In this document: positions 47,994 through 57,880 of the stretch, piece by piece
Numbering within the stretch: position 1 is the stretch's first letter
Layout of the letters: each line of letters begins with the position of its first letter
Assembly (NCBI GenBank): GCA_965223205.1
Contig: OZ244990.1
Span: 2,690,724 to 2,754,723 of the forward strand
DNA: 64,000 nt
From: Candidatus Eiseniibacteriota bacterium
Lineage (GTDB): Bacteria > Eisenbacteria > RBG-16-71-46 > CAVPCR01 > CBDCWB01
Reading direction: 5' to 3'
Position numbers and translations under genes: made by a program
The notes under the pieces: model-generated
What the model was told of the DNA's origin: nothing
Database searches by the model: none
The model's input: only the letters and a program-made list of their open reading frames with translations

Positions 47994-50015
47994 ATGCATT
48001 CGCAAGTATCTAACAGGCCCGCCCAAGGGACCGAGGTCGAGAGCTTGAAGTCCGGGGGGTGGATTTGCCCCGACTGCAACTGCCAGCTGCTGCTCGAAAC
48101 GACTGCCTGGCGCTGCGACAGTTGTGCACGGCGCTTCCCGACCCGGAACGGCGTCACCCACTTCATCGACACCGACGGCTACTGGGGCGAGATTCCCGAG
48201 GCTGACATGCGCGCCCTACTCAAGGAGATGGACGGCGCGCACTGGCGGGAAGCGCTCGAGCGGGCGCCCAATCCAGCGGTGGGCGCCAAGCTGCCGTTCA
48301 TTACCGACATGCGCCGCGCCAATTGGGTGTTGGACACGCCGCTCGGGCGCCACAGCCGGGTACTGGATGTGGGGGCCGGGATGGGCTCGATCTCAGCGGC
48401 GCTCGCACAGTACGTCGGTGAAGTGGTGGCGCTGGAATCGGTGGCGCTGCGCGCCGAGTTTTGTGCGCGGCGCTTCGCGCAAGACGGGCTCGACCACATC
48501 GCGGTGGCCCGCGCCGACGCGCTGCGCTTGCCACTTCCCGCCGCCAGCTTCGACGGGATTGTCTTAAACGGCGTGCTGGAGTGGTTGGGCAAGGGCCAAG
48601 GGCCCGGGACGCGCGACGTGCAACTGCGCGCCCTGCGCCACTTACGGGAGCGGTTGCGCCCCGGTGGCGTCTTGATGGTGGCGATCGAAAATCGCTGCGC
48701 AGTGGGCTATTTCCGCGGCCGCGTCGACCACAGCTACCTCAAGTACACGTCGCTGATGCCTCGCTGGTTGGCCGACCTCGTCAGTCAGCGCCGGCTCCGG
48801 GAACGCTACGATACCTATACGTACCACCACGGCGGGTACCTGCGGCTCTTTCAGGAAGCCGGCTTTGAACATGTTGCCACTTCCTACCCGCTCTGGGGCT
48901 ACAACCGCCCCGACTACATCGTACCGGCGACGCCAGCGGTCTGTACCGACATGGCCCGCCGGTTGGCTGGACCGGACCGACGCCCGTTGCGCCGGCAGAT
49001 CCGCATTGCCAGCCGGCGTTTGCGCGTCACCACCGCTACGGCCGAAGACTTTCTGTTTCTTTGTCACACAAGCCCACCTGGCCCCGGCGAACTCCGCCAA
49101 CGCTTGGAGTCCAAGTGGAGTGATTGGCAACTACCCGGCGCGCCGCCTCTTCGTCTGGTGCTGGTGAATCGAGCGCAGCCCGGTGCCTGGGTGTATGCCC
49201 AGGGCGTCAATGCACCGGTGTCGATGGTGAAAGTGACCCCCCGACCGGCAGCGGGTGACTCGGTGGCCGCGCGCGAGTATCAGGCTTTGGAAACGCTCGG
49301 CCGCCGCCTGGCGGGGAGCGCGCTCGGAGGGACGATCCCCGGTCCGATCGCCCTCGAAGAGCTGGACGGTTTCGACGCTGCGGTCTCCCGGTTTTGCGCC
49401 GACGGTCTCCCATTCGCGGCCGGTGAGGCGCCGGCGGTGTGCGCGCGGGCGTTTGCCTGGCTCGAGCAGTTCGGCCGCGTGTTGGGGGAGGGGACAATCG
49501 ATGTGGACGCAAGCCTGCTCACCGGTTGGGTGCCGGCGGTGCCCGAGCTGGGTCGGGACCTAGAACGCCTGGTCCTGGCGGGCGCTGAGCGCTGGCCCGG
49601 GCGCACGGTTCAAAACACTCCCCAGCACGGCGACTTTGGGTTGTCCAATCTGCTCCAGCGCCCGGACGGGAGCCTCTTCGTGCTGGACTGGGAGCGCTTT
49701 CAAGCAGTTCCGCTGCCGGGTTTTGACGCCCTGCACTGCGCCTTTTATCTGAGCTACCTGCAGAGCAACGGCAAACCGCGAACAGCGCTCAGGCGGCTTG
49801 TGGATCCACAGTCGCGGTGGCCGGTGCGCGTTCAGCTCGGCCGCCACCTCGAGGCGATGGGGTACGAGGCGGGTGACTTGCCCCAGCTCCTTGTCGCCTA
49901 TGCCGGTTGGTACGTTGCCGAGTACGGCTCGGATCCCGGTCGCCGGCCCATGGTGAGGCAAATGCTTGAGATCCTGGCGACAATGGCCGAAACCGGCCAG
50001 GAGCACCACGGGTAG
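47994..50015 (+). CDS. bifunctional zinc-ribbon / SAM-dependent methyltransferase + APH-like kinase fusion (WbdD-like chain terminator)
   Basis: N-terminal Cys4 ribbon (CPDCNC…CDSCARRF). Class I methyltransferase motif I (VLDVGAGMGS) and motif post-I. The C-terminal half has kinase Brenner/APH motifs (HGDFGLSNLL and VLDWE). Confidence 0.6.
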   Translation: MHSQVSNRPAQGTEVESLKSGGWICPDCNCQLLLETTAWRCDSCARRFPTRNGVTHFIDTDGYWGEIPEADMRALLKEMDGAHWREALERAPNPAVGAKLPFITDMRRANWVLDTPLGRHSRVLDVGAGMGSISAALAQYVGEVVALESVALRAEFCARRFAQDGLDHIAVARADALRLPLPAASFDGIVLNGVLEWLGKGQGPGTRDVQLRALRHLRERLRPGGVLMVAIENRCAVGYFRGRVDHSYLKYTSLMPRWLADLVSQRRLRERYDTYTYHHGGYLRLFQEAGFEHVATSYPLWGYNRPDYIVPATPAVCTDMARRLAGPDRRPLRRQIRIASRRLRVTTATAEDFLFLCHTSPPGPGELRQRLESKWSDWQLPGAPPLRLVLVNRAQPGAWVYAQGVNAPVSMVKVTPRPAAGDSVAAREYQALETLGRRLAGSALGGTIPGPIALEELDGFDAAVSRFCADGLPFAAGEAPAVCARAFAWLEQFGRVLGEGTIDVDASLLTGWVPAVPELGRDLERLVLAGAERWPGRTVQNTPQHGDFGLSNLLQRPDGSLFVLDWERFQAVPLPGFDALHCAFYLSYLQSNGKPRTALRRLVDPQSRWPVRVQLGRHLEAMGYEAGDLPQLLVAYAGWYVAEYGSDPGRRPMVRQMLEILATMAETGQEHHG

Positions 50016-50410
50016 TCGGCTGGGCCTCGCCAGACGTCCCATGTTGGGGCACTGGGTGGATCTAGGGGTAGAAATCCCTTTGACGCCGACCCTCCTGGCT
50101 TGGTACCTTGGGGTATCGCATCTCCCAAGACACTGTGCGGAGGTTCCCTAAGAACCCGTTGCTACTGCCCGACACGAAGTCGCTCGTTCGCCCAGCAAGC
50201 CTCTAACGCACCAAAACCGTGTCATGCGGTGGGTGATTTGGGGCCTCGCCGTCCGCCTAGCGGTGGCCGGCCAGTCAGTGCTCGGTCGAAGTGCCCCCGC
50301 GGCGCTCCGTGACGAAATCGTTCTGACGACGCGTCAGGCACCAAGCATATTGGAATCCTGGGCGGCCGTGGCCCAATCGGTCCACGCATCTTAGAGCACG
50401 GTGGCTTGAC

Positions 50411-51130
50411 ATGAATCCTCCGAACCAGCTTTCCTCTGTAGCCGAGCGGCCGGCGGCAGCCCTGACCCCGGAGTACGCGCCGATCGACCTGCGGGTGCGC
50501 CGGCTGACGGAAGCGCCGCGCACCGGCTTCTATGAACGCTGCGGCAAGCGGGTGCTCGATGTGGTCGGTGCACTGGTCTGCTTGCTTTTGTCGCTTCCCG
50601 TTTTGTGCGTCGCTGCTCTGGCCATCAAGCTCGACTCCAGAGGATCGGTACTCTTCAAGTCTGAGCGCTGTGGATTGCGTGGCCGGCGATTTACCTTCTA
50701 CAAGCTACGCACCATGCACGATGGTGCGCATGCTGCGCGCCACCAGCTGATGCACTTGAACGAGATGGATGGTCCAGTGTTCAAGCTAGCCAAGGACCCG
50801 CGCATCACCCGCGTGGGTCGTTTTCTTAGACGCTCTTCGCTGGACGAGCTACCGCAGCTTTGGAACGTGTTGCGCGGCGATATGTCGCTGGTCGGTCCGC
50901 GCCCGCCAATTCCTGAAGAAGTGGCGCAGTACACCGGTGCTGAGTTGCAGCGGCTGGCAGTGAAGCCTGGTCTCACTTGTCTGTGGCAAATCTCTGGGCG
51001 CTCGACCTTGGGATTCGATGAGTGGATGCGCCTTGACATTGAGTACATCGAGCGTCGTTCGGCGTGGCTCGATCTCAAGATCCTAGTGTGGACGGTTCCG
51101 GCGGTCTTGTCGTGCCGCGGCGCCTACTAG
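50411..51130 (+). CDS. polyprenyl-phosphate sugar-1-phosphate transferase (Bac_transf family priming glycosyltransferase, small WbaP C-terminal-type)
   Basis: KRVLDVVGALVCLLLSLPVLCV… KLDSRGSVLFKSERCG … FYKLRTM … MDGPVFKLAKDPRITRVGRFLRRSSLDELPQLWNVLRGDMSLVGPRP. Confidence 0.85.
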   Translation: MNPPNQLSSVAERPAAALTPEYAPIDLRVRRLTEAPRTGFYERCGKRVLDVVGALVCLLLSLPVLCVAALAIKLDSRGSVLFKSERCGLRGRRFTFYKLRTMHDGAHAARHQLMHLNEMDGPVFKLAKDPRITRVGRFLRRSSLDELPQLWNVLRGDMSLVGPRPPIPEEVAQYTGAELQRLAVKPGLTCLWQISGRSTLGFDEWMRLDIEYIERRSAWLDLKILVWTVPAVLSCRGAY

Positions 51131-51250
51131 AGTCACCCTCCCTACAATCGTCTCGGATCTCATCCTAGCCCCGCTCGCATTGCGCCGCCGGCGGTCGATC
51201 TGCTAAACAGCAGAGCGCGGTCGCGTTTGGGGTGGGCATTGGCGAGAGGG

Positions 51251-53689
51251 ATGATCAACAGGCTCAGGTGGCGCTGGAATCGCCTGCGGGCGATGAGCGC
51301 TTCGGAAGCGGGCTGGCGTCTCGGCAGAGCGCTCGCTGCCTCCCGTGCCCGGGCAACCCACCGCCGGCGCTTGGCCGAACCACTCGCCCTCGAGGCTCTG
51401 GTCCAACCGGGGCTGGTCGGTGCCGATCTCCTGTTTGGCGGCAAGGACCCAACGTACCGCTGGCTTCCCGATCACCCCCGCTCCAGCTGGGTGCACGCCG
51501 TCTTGGAGACGCCGTCCAGTCGCCTGGTGCGCGATGCCTCCGGGCCCCGCTCCTTGGTTTTGGATTCGGAGCTACGTCTGTCGCCCGCGACCCAATGGAA
51601 CTCTGATCCGGAAAGCGGCCAAAGTTTCGGGCTGGCCCATTGGTCGACTTTAGATTACCGGGAGCCCGAACTGGAAGCCGCGGTGCGGCGGGTTTGGTAC
51701 CACAACCGCCACCTCGCTCTGCCCGAACTGGCGCTCCGCTACTACACCACCGGTGACGAGGAGGCTGCCGAGCGCGCCCTCGAGCTAGTAGCCGGCTGGG
51801 TGGACCAATGCCCGCTCGAGAGTGGTGTCAACTGGAGTGTGCCGTTGGAGTTGGGCTTGCGCCTCTGGGCCTGGAGCTGGGTGGCGCACCTCTGCCGCGG
51901 CGCCGCCGCCCTGGAGGCGCGGGCGCCGCTCGTGGCGCTCGCCGTGCACCAGCAGGCCGAGCATATCTGTCAGCACCTGTCGCGCTTCTCTTCGGCCAAC
52001 AACCATCTGCTCGCGCAGGCGGCTGGCCTGGTGGCAGCGGGATTTGGTTTCCCAGGGTTGCGACGGGCGTCCCATTGGCGGAGTCTGGGTGTCCAGATCT
52101 TTGAGTCGGAACTCGAGCGCCAAACCCACCCGGACGGGGTGTGCGCCGAACAGTCGCGCCACTACCACGAGCTGGTCTTGGAGTTGTACCTGGGAGTCTG
52201 GGCGGTGTTGGCCCGTAACGGCCGTTCGTGGTCGGACGGCGTACGGGCGCGCCTCGAGCGGATGCTGGAGTTTCTCGCTGATCTCGAAGCACTGCCAGGC
52301 GGCGCGTCGGCATTGGGCGACTCGGACGACCAAAGCGCCCTTGTCTTTCTTGGGGATGAGTCGCCGGCAGCCGCGATTCTAGCGGTTGGCGCCGCCCGCA
52401 GTCGCGCGGCCTGGTGGCAGGTTGCCCGGTCGCTGCCGCGGGCGGCCTTCGCGCTCCTGGATGCGGCCGATGTCGAGGCTCTAGCTCAAGCGCCGCCTGA
52501 ATCGGCGCCGCGGGGCTCGCAGCACTATGCCCAGGGCGGCTACGTGGTTCTACGGGACGCGGCAGGTGAGCGCGCGGCGCTATTCGACTGTGGCCCGTTG
52601 GGTTTTCTGGGCACCGCTGCGCACGGCCACGCCGATTGCTTGTCGTTGACCTGCGCTGCTTTCGGTCAGCCCCTGCTGATCGATCCGGGGACCTACACCT
52701 ACCACGCCGAGCCTGGGTGGCGCGACTACTTCCGGTCGACGATCGCCCACAACACGGTGTGCGTCGATGGGGTGGACCAATCTGAAATGCGCGGCGCGTT
52801 CCTTTGGGGGCGAAAGGCCCAACCCACCGACCAGGCGGTCCAGTTGTCGCTGGATCTGGATTTGGCAACCGCCGCCCACGACGGCTATGCACATCTCGGG
52901 TTGATTCACCAGCGGACCATTCTGTTCGTCAAGCCTGAATATTTTTGGGTCACCGATTCACTTCGGGGCACTGGCGCTCACTCGGTCGACCAGTGTTTTC
53001 ACTTTCCCCCCTGCGAAGTAGAAGCAGTAGGGGAAGGCCACTTCCTGGCGGCCTACAAGGGGGGTGTTCAACTCGAGCTGCTCCTGGCTGGAGCGCCCCG
53101 CCAGGGCGCCGATCTAGCGGTTGGTGGACTCGATCCTCGCTTGGGTTGGCACGCACCCCGGTTCGGCCAGCGGTTCGCCAGTCCGACCCTGCGATTGACT
53201 CGGCAGGTGCGGCTGCCCGCCGAGTTCGATACAGTCTTACGTCCGCGTGCCGGTACCGGCCACGAGCTTCTAGAGGCCACCGCCCAGGCGGCGGGGGGCG
53301 GCCGTGAGCTGGTTTGCCGCTCGCCGGCTTGGACCGATTGGTGCGCGTTGCCGCCCGATGCCGAGTGGTGCGCGCCTTCCGGGACCACGGTGGCGGCCCG
53401 CGCCAGTGTGGTGCGGCATGCCGCCGGCGGCGGTTTGGCGAGCCTTAGAGTGCTAGGCTGCCGCCGCCTGGTGACCCAATCCGGCGCCGAGGTGTCCGTT
53501 GAAGGAGGGTTGGCAGATGTGTCGGTCACCGTTGACGGAGAGCGGGCCGCGCTGGCAGTTGCCGGGCATGGGCTCATGCGACTATACCTGCCCCAGGTGA
53601 CCCAGATCACCGTGCTCAGCAAGGATCAATCCATCCACCCAGACGCGGGTGGTCACTTCATCGTCCCCCTCGGCTCGGCCGCGCCGTGA
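51251..53689 (+). CDS. heparinase II/III-like family protein (large, about 810 aa)
   Basis: N-terminal helical toroid-like region (…ELGLRLWAWSWVAHL…) and a C-terminal beta-sandwich region typical of Hepar_II_III proteins. The call is by resemblance and the start is uncertain. Confidence 0.45.
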   Translation: MINRLRWRWNRLRAMSASEAGWRLGRALAASRARATHRRRLAEPLALEALVQPGLVGADLLFGGKDPTYRWLPDHPRSSWVHAVLETPSSRLVRDASGPRSLVLDSELRLSPATQWNSDPESGQSFGLAHWSTLDYREPELEAAVRRVWYHNRHLALPELALRYYTTGDEEAAERALELVAGWVDQCPLESGVNWSVPLELGLRLWAWSWVAHLCRGAAALEARAPLVALAVHQQAEHICQHLSRFSSANNHLLAQAAGLVAAGFGFPGLRRASHWRSLGVQIFESELERQTHPDGVCAEQSRHYHELVLELYLGVWAVLARNGRSWSDGVRARLERMLEFLADLEALPGGASALGDSDDQSALVFLGDESPAAAILAVGAARSRAAWWQVARSLPRAAFALLDAADVEALAQAPPESAPRGSQHYAQGGYVVLRDAAGERAALFDCGPLGFLGTAAHGHADCLSLTCAAFGQPLLIDPGTYTYHAEPGWRDYFRSTIAHNTVCVDGVDQSEMRGAFLWGRKAQPTDQAVQLSLDLDLATAAHDGYAHLGLIHQRTILFVKPEYFWVTDSLRGTGAHSVDQCFHFPPCEVEAVGEGHFLAAYKGGVQLELLLAGAPRQGADLAVGGLDPRLGWHAPRFGQRFASPTLRLTRQVRLPAEFDTVLRPRAGTGHELLEATAQAAGGGRELVCRSPAWTDWCALPPDAEWCAPSGTTVAARASVVRHAAGGGLASLRVLGCRRLVTQSGAEVSVEGGLADVSVTVDGERAALAVAGHGLMRLYLPQVTQITVLSKDQSIHPDAGGHFIVPLGSAAP

Positions 53690-53732
53690 GAACCATATTG
53701 TTGGGAATGACGGCCGAGCAAGAGAGGTACCC

Positions 53733-55049
53733 GTGAAAATCGCCATCTTTGGCCTGGGCTACGTGGGTTCGGTCAGCTCCGCGTGCCTGGCTGAGTTGGG
53801 ACACGAGGTCATCGGTGTCGACGTGCAGCCGGCCAAAGTGGCGGCGCTCGAGGCTGGTGAGAGCCCAATCGTCGAACGAGGGTTGCCCCGCGCCATTCGG
53901 TCCATGCGCCAAGCTGGACGGCTCCGCGCCACGGTCGATTCGCACGGCGCCATTGCCGCGTCCGAGCTGTCAATGATCTGTGTCGGCACGCCATCCACCG
54001 AACTCGGCGACCTCGACCTGACCTATGTCAGACGCATTGCTGCCGAGGTTGCCGAGGCGCTGCGAAAGTCGGATCGCTTCCACGTGGTCATGCTGCGCTC
54101 CACGGTCCTGCCGGGCACGGTCGAGGAACAGCTCATTCCGCTGCTGGAGTCGGGCACTGGCAAAAGTTGCGGAACTGGCTTTGGTGTGGCCTACAACCCG
54201 GAGTTCTTGCGCGAAGGCAGTGCCATCCAGGACTTCAAGACCCCTCCCTACACCGTGATTGCAGGATCCGATCCACAGACTGTGCAGCGGGCCACCCAGG
54301 TGTACGAGGGTGTCGATGCGCCGCTCCACGAGACCACGTTTCGCGTCGCTGAAATGCTCAAGTACGTCAACAATACGTTCCACGCGTTGAAGGTGACCTT
54401 CGGCAACGAGATTGGCCACATCTGCAAAGAAGCGGGTATTGACAGCCATCAAGTCATGGATCTCTTTTGTCAGGACACCAAGCTCAACATTTCCCCGGCC
54501 TACCTCAGGCCCGGCTTCGCCTTCGGGGGGTCTTGCTTGCCCAAGGACTTGCGGGCGCTCACCTCTTTTGCCCGCCAGCATCGGTTGGATGTGCCGCTTT
54601 TGAATTCCATCTTGTTTTCGAACCGCAGTCAGGTGGACCACGTGCTGGGCTTGATCAACCGAGCTGGGAAGCGCCGGATTGGTGTTTTGGGTTTGACCTT
54701 CAAGGCCGGGACCGACGACATTCGCGAGAGCCCGATTATCAAAGTGGTCGAAGCCCTGGTGGGCCGCGGCCTGGATGTACGGGTCCACGACACCAACATC
54801 AATATCGAGGCAATGGTCGGTAAGAACCGTGCCTTCCTCGAGGCGGAGATTCCCTACTTGGCGTCGATCATGCAGTCGTCAATCGAGGATGTTGTGGCCG
54901 GTTCAGACTTGGTGTTAGTGGCGACCGACGATCCGGCCTACCGCGATGTGGCCAAGGGGTTGGGCGACGACCAGATATTGGTCGACCTGGTCCGCCTGTC
55001 CGAGAACGGGGCCGTGCCGCACAACAACTACGTCGGCATCTGCTGGTAG
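53733..55049 (+). CDS. nucleotide-sugar 6-dehydrogenase (UDP-glucose / UDP-ManNAc dehydrogenase family)
   Basis: GTG start with RBS AGAGAGG. N-terminal Rossmann motif (KIAIFGLGYVGS), a catalytic Cys region (FGGSCLPKDL) and YNPEFLREGSAI. Confidence 0.9.
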   Translation: MKIAIFGLGYVGSVSSACLAELGHEVIGVDVQPAKVAALEAGESPIVERGLPRAIRSMRQAGRLRATVDSHGAIAASELSMICVGTPSTELGDLDLTYVRRIAAEVAEALRKSDRFHVVMLRSTVLPGTVEEQLIPLLESGTGKSCGTGFGVAYNPEFLREGSAIQDFKTPPYTVIAGSDPQTVQRATQVYEGVDAPLHETTFRVAEMLKYVNNTFHALKVTFGNEIGHICKEAGIDSHQVMDLFCQDTKLNISPAYLRPGFAFGGSCLPKDLRALTSFARQHRLDVPLLNSILFSNRSQVDHVLGLINRAGKRRIGVLGLTFKAGTDDIRESPIIKVVEALVGRGLDVRVHDTNINIEAMVGKNRAFLEAEIPYLASIMQSSIEDVVAGSDLVLVATDDPAYRDVAKGLGDDQILVDLVRLSENGAVPHNNYVGICW

Positions 55050-55059
55050 CGCCACGTCG

Positions 55060-56283
55060 ATGACCATCTTGATGGTCAACAAGTTCCACTACCTCCGGGG
55101 TGGGGCGGAGCGCTACGTGTTCGACCTGACGCGCCTCCTCCAGGCCCAGGGGCACCGGGTGATCCATTTTACGACCGCCCACCCCAAGAACGCGCCGTTG
55201 CCGCCCGAGTCAATCGTCCTCGAGGCTCCCGAGTTTGACGATCAGCCGTGGTCGTTGGGCGCGTTGCGGGTGGCGGCCCGGGTAGTCCACTCGCGGCCGG
55301 CGGCGCGGGCGATGGCTGAAGCGGTGGAGCGTTTCCGACCCGATCTCGTTCACCTTCATAACATCGCCCACCATTTTTCGCCGTCGATCCTCGGGCCGTT
55401 GGCCCGGCGGCGCGTCCCAACCGTTCAAACGCTGCACGACTTCAAGCTCATTTGTCCGACGTACTTGATGGTGAGTGGCGGCCGTATCTGCGAACGCTGC
55501 CAGGGCAAACACTTTGTGCAGGCGGTGCTCCAGCGTTGCAACCGCGGCTCGCTGGCTCGCAGCACCGTCAGTGCGGTCGAGAGCTACGTCCATCGCTTCG
55601 TGCGCTCGTACGACAGCGTTGCCTCCTTTCTGTGCCCGAGCCGCTTCTTGTTGGAGAAGATGGCTGCGAATGGTGTCCCGCGCCAACGCCTGGTGCACCT
55701 ACCGCTAATGCTGGACACCGATCGCTTCGCAGGCCGATCCGGCGGCGATTGCGTTATCTTCGTCGGTCGGTTGTCGCGCGAGAAGGGTGTGCACGTTCTG
55801 CTAGAGGCGGCGGCGCATTTGCCGCAGGTGCCTTTCATGTTGGTCGGAGACGGTCCAGAACGTCAGTCTCTTGCCCAGCGTATCCAGGCGGAGCAGCTGG
55901 CCCATGTGCGACTGTGCGGGCGCCTGGAGGGCGAAGCGTTGATCACCAGGTGGCGCACCGCCGCCTTGACCTTGGTGCCGTCCATTACCTACGAGAATTT
56001 CCCGCTTGCCGTGGTGGAATCGATGGCATTGGGCAAACCGGTCGTCGCCTCCCGCCTGGGCGGGATGGCCGAGTTGGTCGAGGATGGAGTGTCCGGTGCG
56101 CTGGTCGAACCGGGCGACGCGCCGGCTTGGGCTGAAGCCATCGGCCGCCTGTGGGGTGACCGGGCTCGACTGGCGACCCTGGGGAGCGGCGCGCGGGCGG
56201 CGGTCACCGAGCGCTTTGAACCCCAACGTCACTACGAAGAGCTCTTGGCCGCCTATGCGACCGCCGGGGTGGTTGCCGCGTGA
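55060..56283 (+). CDS. glycosyltransferase family 4 (GT-B)
   Basis: Glyco_trans_4-like N-terminus and Glycos_transf_1 C-terminus, with an E-x7-E motif (FPLAVVESMALGKPVVASRLGGMAELVEDG). Confidence 0.85.
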   Translation: MTILMVNKFHYLRGGAERYVFDLTRLLQAQGHRVIHFTTAHPKNAPLPPESIVLEAPEFDDQPWSLGALRVAARVVHSRPAARAMAEAVERFRPDLVHLHNIAHHFSPSILGPLARRRVPTVQTLHDFKLICPTYLMVSGGRICERCQGKHFVQAVLQRCNRGSLARSTVSAVESYVHRFVRSYDSVASFLCPSRFLLEKMAANGVPRQRLVHLPLMLDTDRFAGRSGGDCVIFVGRLSREKGVHVLLEAAAHLPQVPFMLVGDGPERQSLAQRIQAEQLAHVRLCGRLEGEALITRWRTAALTLVPSITYENFPLAVVESMALGKPVVASRLGGMAELVEDGVSGALVEPGDAPAWAEAIGRLWGDRARLATLGSGARAAVTERFEPQRHYEELLAAYATAGVVAA

Positions 56284-57785
56284 GCCGCGCCGCCGTCCTC
56301 TTGCTGTTGTTGGCGACCGGGCTCCGATTGTTCCACCTCGGGCAGGAACCCCTGTGGTCGGACGAGATGCATACCGTGCGGACTGCTGGCATCGACTACC
56401 CGCTGAGTCCTGGCGACTGGCAGGTGAGTGATTTGCTCGAGGTGACCCAGGGGCCGCTCTACATGCTCGCGGCCCACGGTTGGTCCCAGGTGTTTGGCAG
56501 CTCGGAGGTGGCACTTCGATGCCTATCGGTACTCTTCGCACTGGCGGCGCTGCCGGGAGTGTTTCTGGCGGCCAGTCGCTTGGGGCGTGACCGGCGGCTG
56601 GCCTGGTGGGCGATGGTGCTCATTGCGGTCAATCCGTTCCACATCTGGTACGCCCGCGAAGTGCGCGGCTATGCCATGGTGATGTGCGCGGCGGTGTGGT
56701 CGGTCTATTGTCTGCTGCGCGCGGCGCGTGCCGCCCGACACGGCCCCTTGTGGGGTTGGATCGCGGCGTTCGCGGTCGTTGCAGCTGTAGGGCTCGGCGC
56801 AAGTTTCTCGATGGTGTTCATGCTGCCAGTCTGTGCTGGGGCGTGGCTGATCTTGGGCGGCGGGCGGCGCGCCCGCTGGGGCATGCTGGCAGCCGTCGGC
56901 GTGGCGGCGGTGGCGACGGCGCCGTGGTGGCAGGTGGTTGCCGAGCGTTTCGACTGGCGAGGGCTTTGGGGAGCGGGACAGCCCGAAGGCGAGCTGCGTC
57001 ACGGCGCCGCCTTGCCGCTGGCGGCGGTGCCGTACACGCTCTATGCGTTCGCCACCGGGTTTTCCTGGGGGCCGGCCCTCGCCGAGTTGCACGATGGCGT
57101 CCAGGCAGCGCTTCGCGCCCATTGGTTGGCGGTGGCAGCGGCGACACTGGTGTTCGGCACCGCCGCCTGGCGGGGCCTGCGCTGGTGGTGGAGTCAAGCA
57201 CCCGCCGGCTTGGCGCTGTTGGCTCTTTGGGTTGTGGTGCCGATGGTCCTCCTCGCCGTCTTGGCGGCCGGGGAGGTGAAGGCTTGGAATGCCCGTTACC
57301 TGGCGGTGTCGTTGCCGGCGTTTCTCCTTTGGCTGGCCGCCGGGCTCCGCGGAGCTGGTGGGCCTCGACTCAACTTCCTGCGCCTGGCTGTACTGGGGAT
57401 TTGCCTGACCTCCGTCGGTCAACTGCTTTTCAACCCAAGGTATTGGAAGGAGGACTACCGCGGCGCCGCCAGCGTGCTCAACCAGGCGTTGACCGCCGGC
57501 GATGCGGTGATTGCCGAGGGCGCCCCCGGGCCCTTGTTCTACTATCTGCAGCGCGCGCCGGGACGCTATGCTCTTATCCACGCTCACCGGCTGAGCCAAG
57601 TTGAGACAGCCACGCGGGTCAAGCGACTCATCGACGGTGTGCCGCGGGCTTGGCACTTCCGCGCCCGCGCCTGGCGCTCGACCGACGGGGCAGTCGTCCG
57701 ATACTTGTCAGAGGAGTTGCAGGCGGCGGCAAACTGGACGTTCCGAGGTGCTGAGCTCGTGCGCTACGACCGTCCAGGCGACTAG
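56280..57785 (+). CDS. GT-C membrane glycosyltransferase, ArnT/PMT-like (GT39/GT83 family)
   Basis: N-terminus LLLLATGLRLFHLGQEPLWSDEMHTV (the characteristic D-E loop 1 motif) and about 11 TM helices; start overlaps the upstream stop. Confidence 0.7.
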   Translation: MSRAAVLLLLLATGLRLFHLGQEPLWSDEMHTVRTAGIDYPLSPGDWQVSDLLEVTQGPLYMLAAHGWSQVFGSSEVALRCLSVLFALAALPGVFLAASRLGRDRRLAWWAMVLIAVNPFHIWYAREVRGYAMVMCAAVWSVYCLLRAARAARHGPLWGWIAAFAVVAAVGLGASFSMVFMLPVCAGAWLILGGGRRARWGMLAAVGVAAVATAPWWQVVAERFDWRGLWGAGQPEGELRHGAALPLAAVPYTLYAFATGFSWGPALAELHDGVQAALRAHWLAVAAATLVFGTAAWRGLRWWWSQAPAGLALLALWVVVPMVLLAVLAAGEVKAWNARYLAVSLPAFLLWLAAGLRGAGGPRLNFLRLAVLGICLTSVGQLLFNPRYWKEDYRGAASVLNQALTAGDAVIAEGAPGPLFYYLQRAPGRYALIHAHRLSQVETATRVKRLIDGVPRAWHFRARAWRSTDGAVVRYLSEELQAAANWTFRGAELVRYDRPGD

Positions 57786-57880
57786 CTCGCTGGTTGGACA
57801 CCGCCCGACTCAACTGATAGAATCGAACTCCGCCTGTACTACCCTGTGGACCATCACCCGTTACAACTCGGAGCCACCAC

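Noticed and set aside
50016-50410. Roughly 400-bp gap inside the polysaccharide locus as a possible sRNA or small gene
   Set aside because: No ORF with coding-like composition, no convincing hairpin-U terminator or conserved RNA motif was spotted by eye. Most likely a promoter/regulatory spacer before the priming transferase; this needs computational checking.
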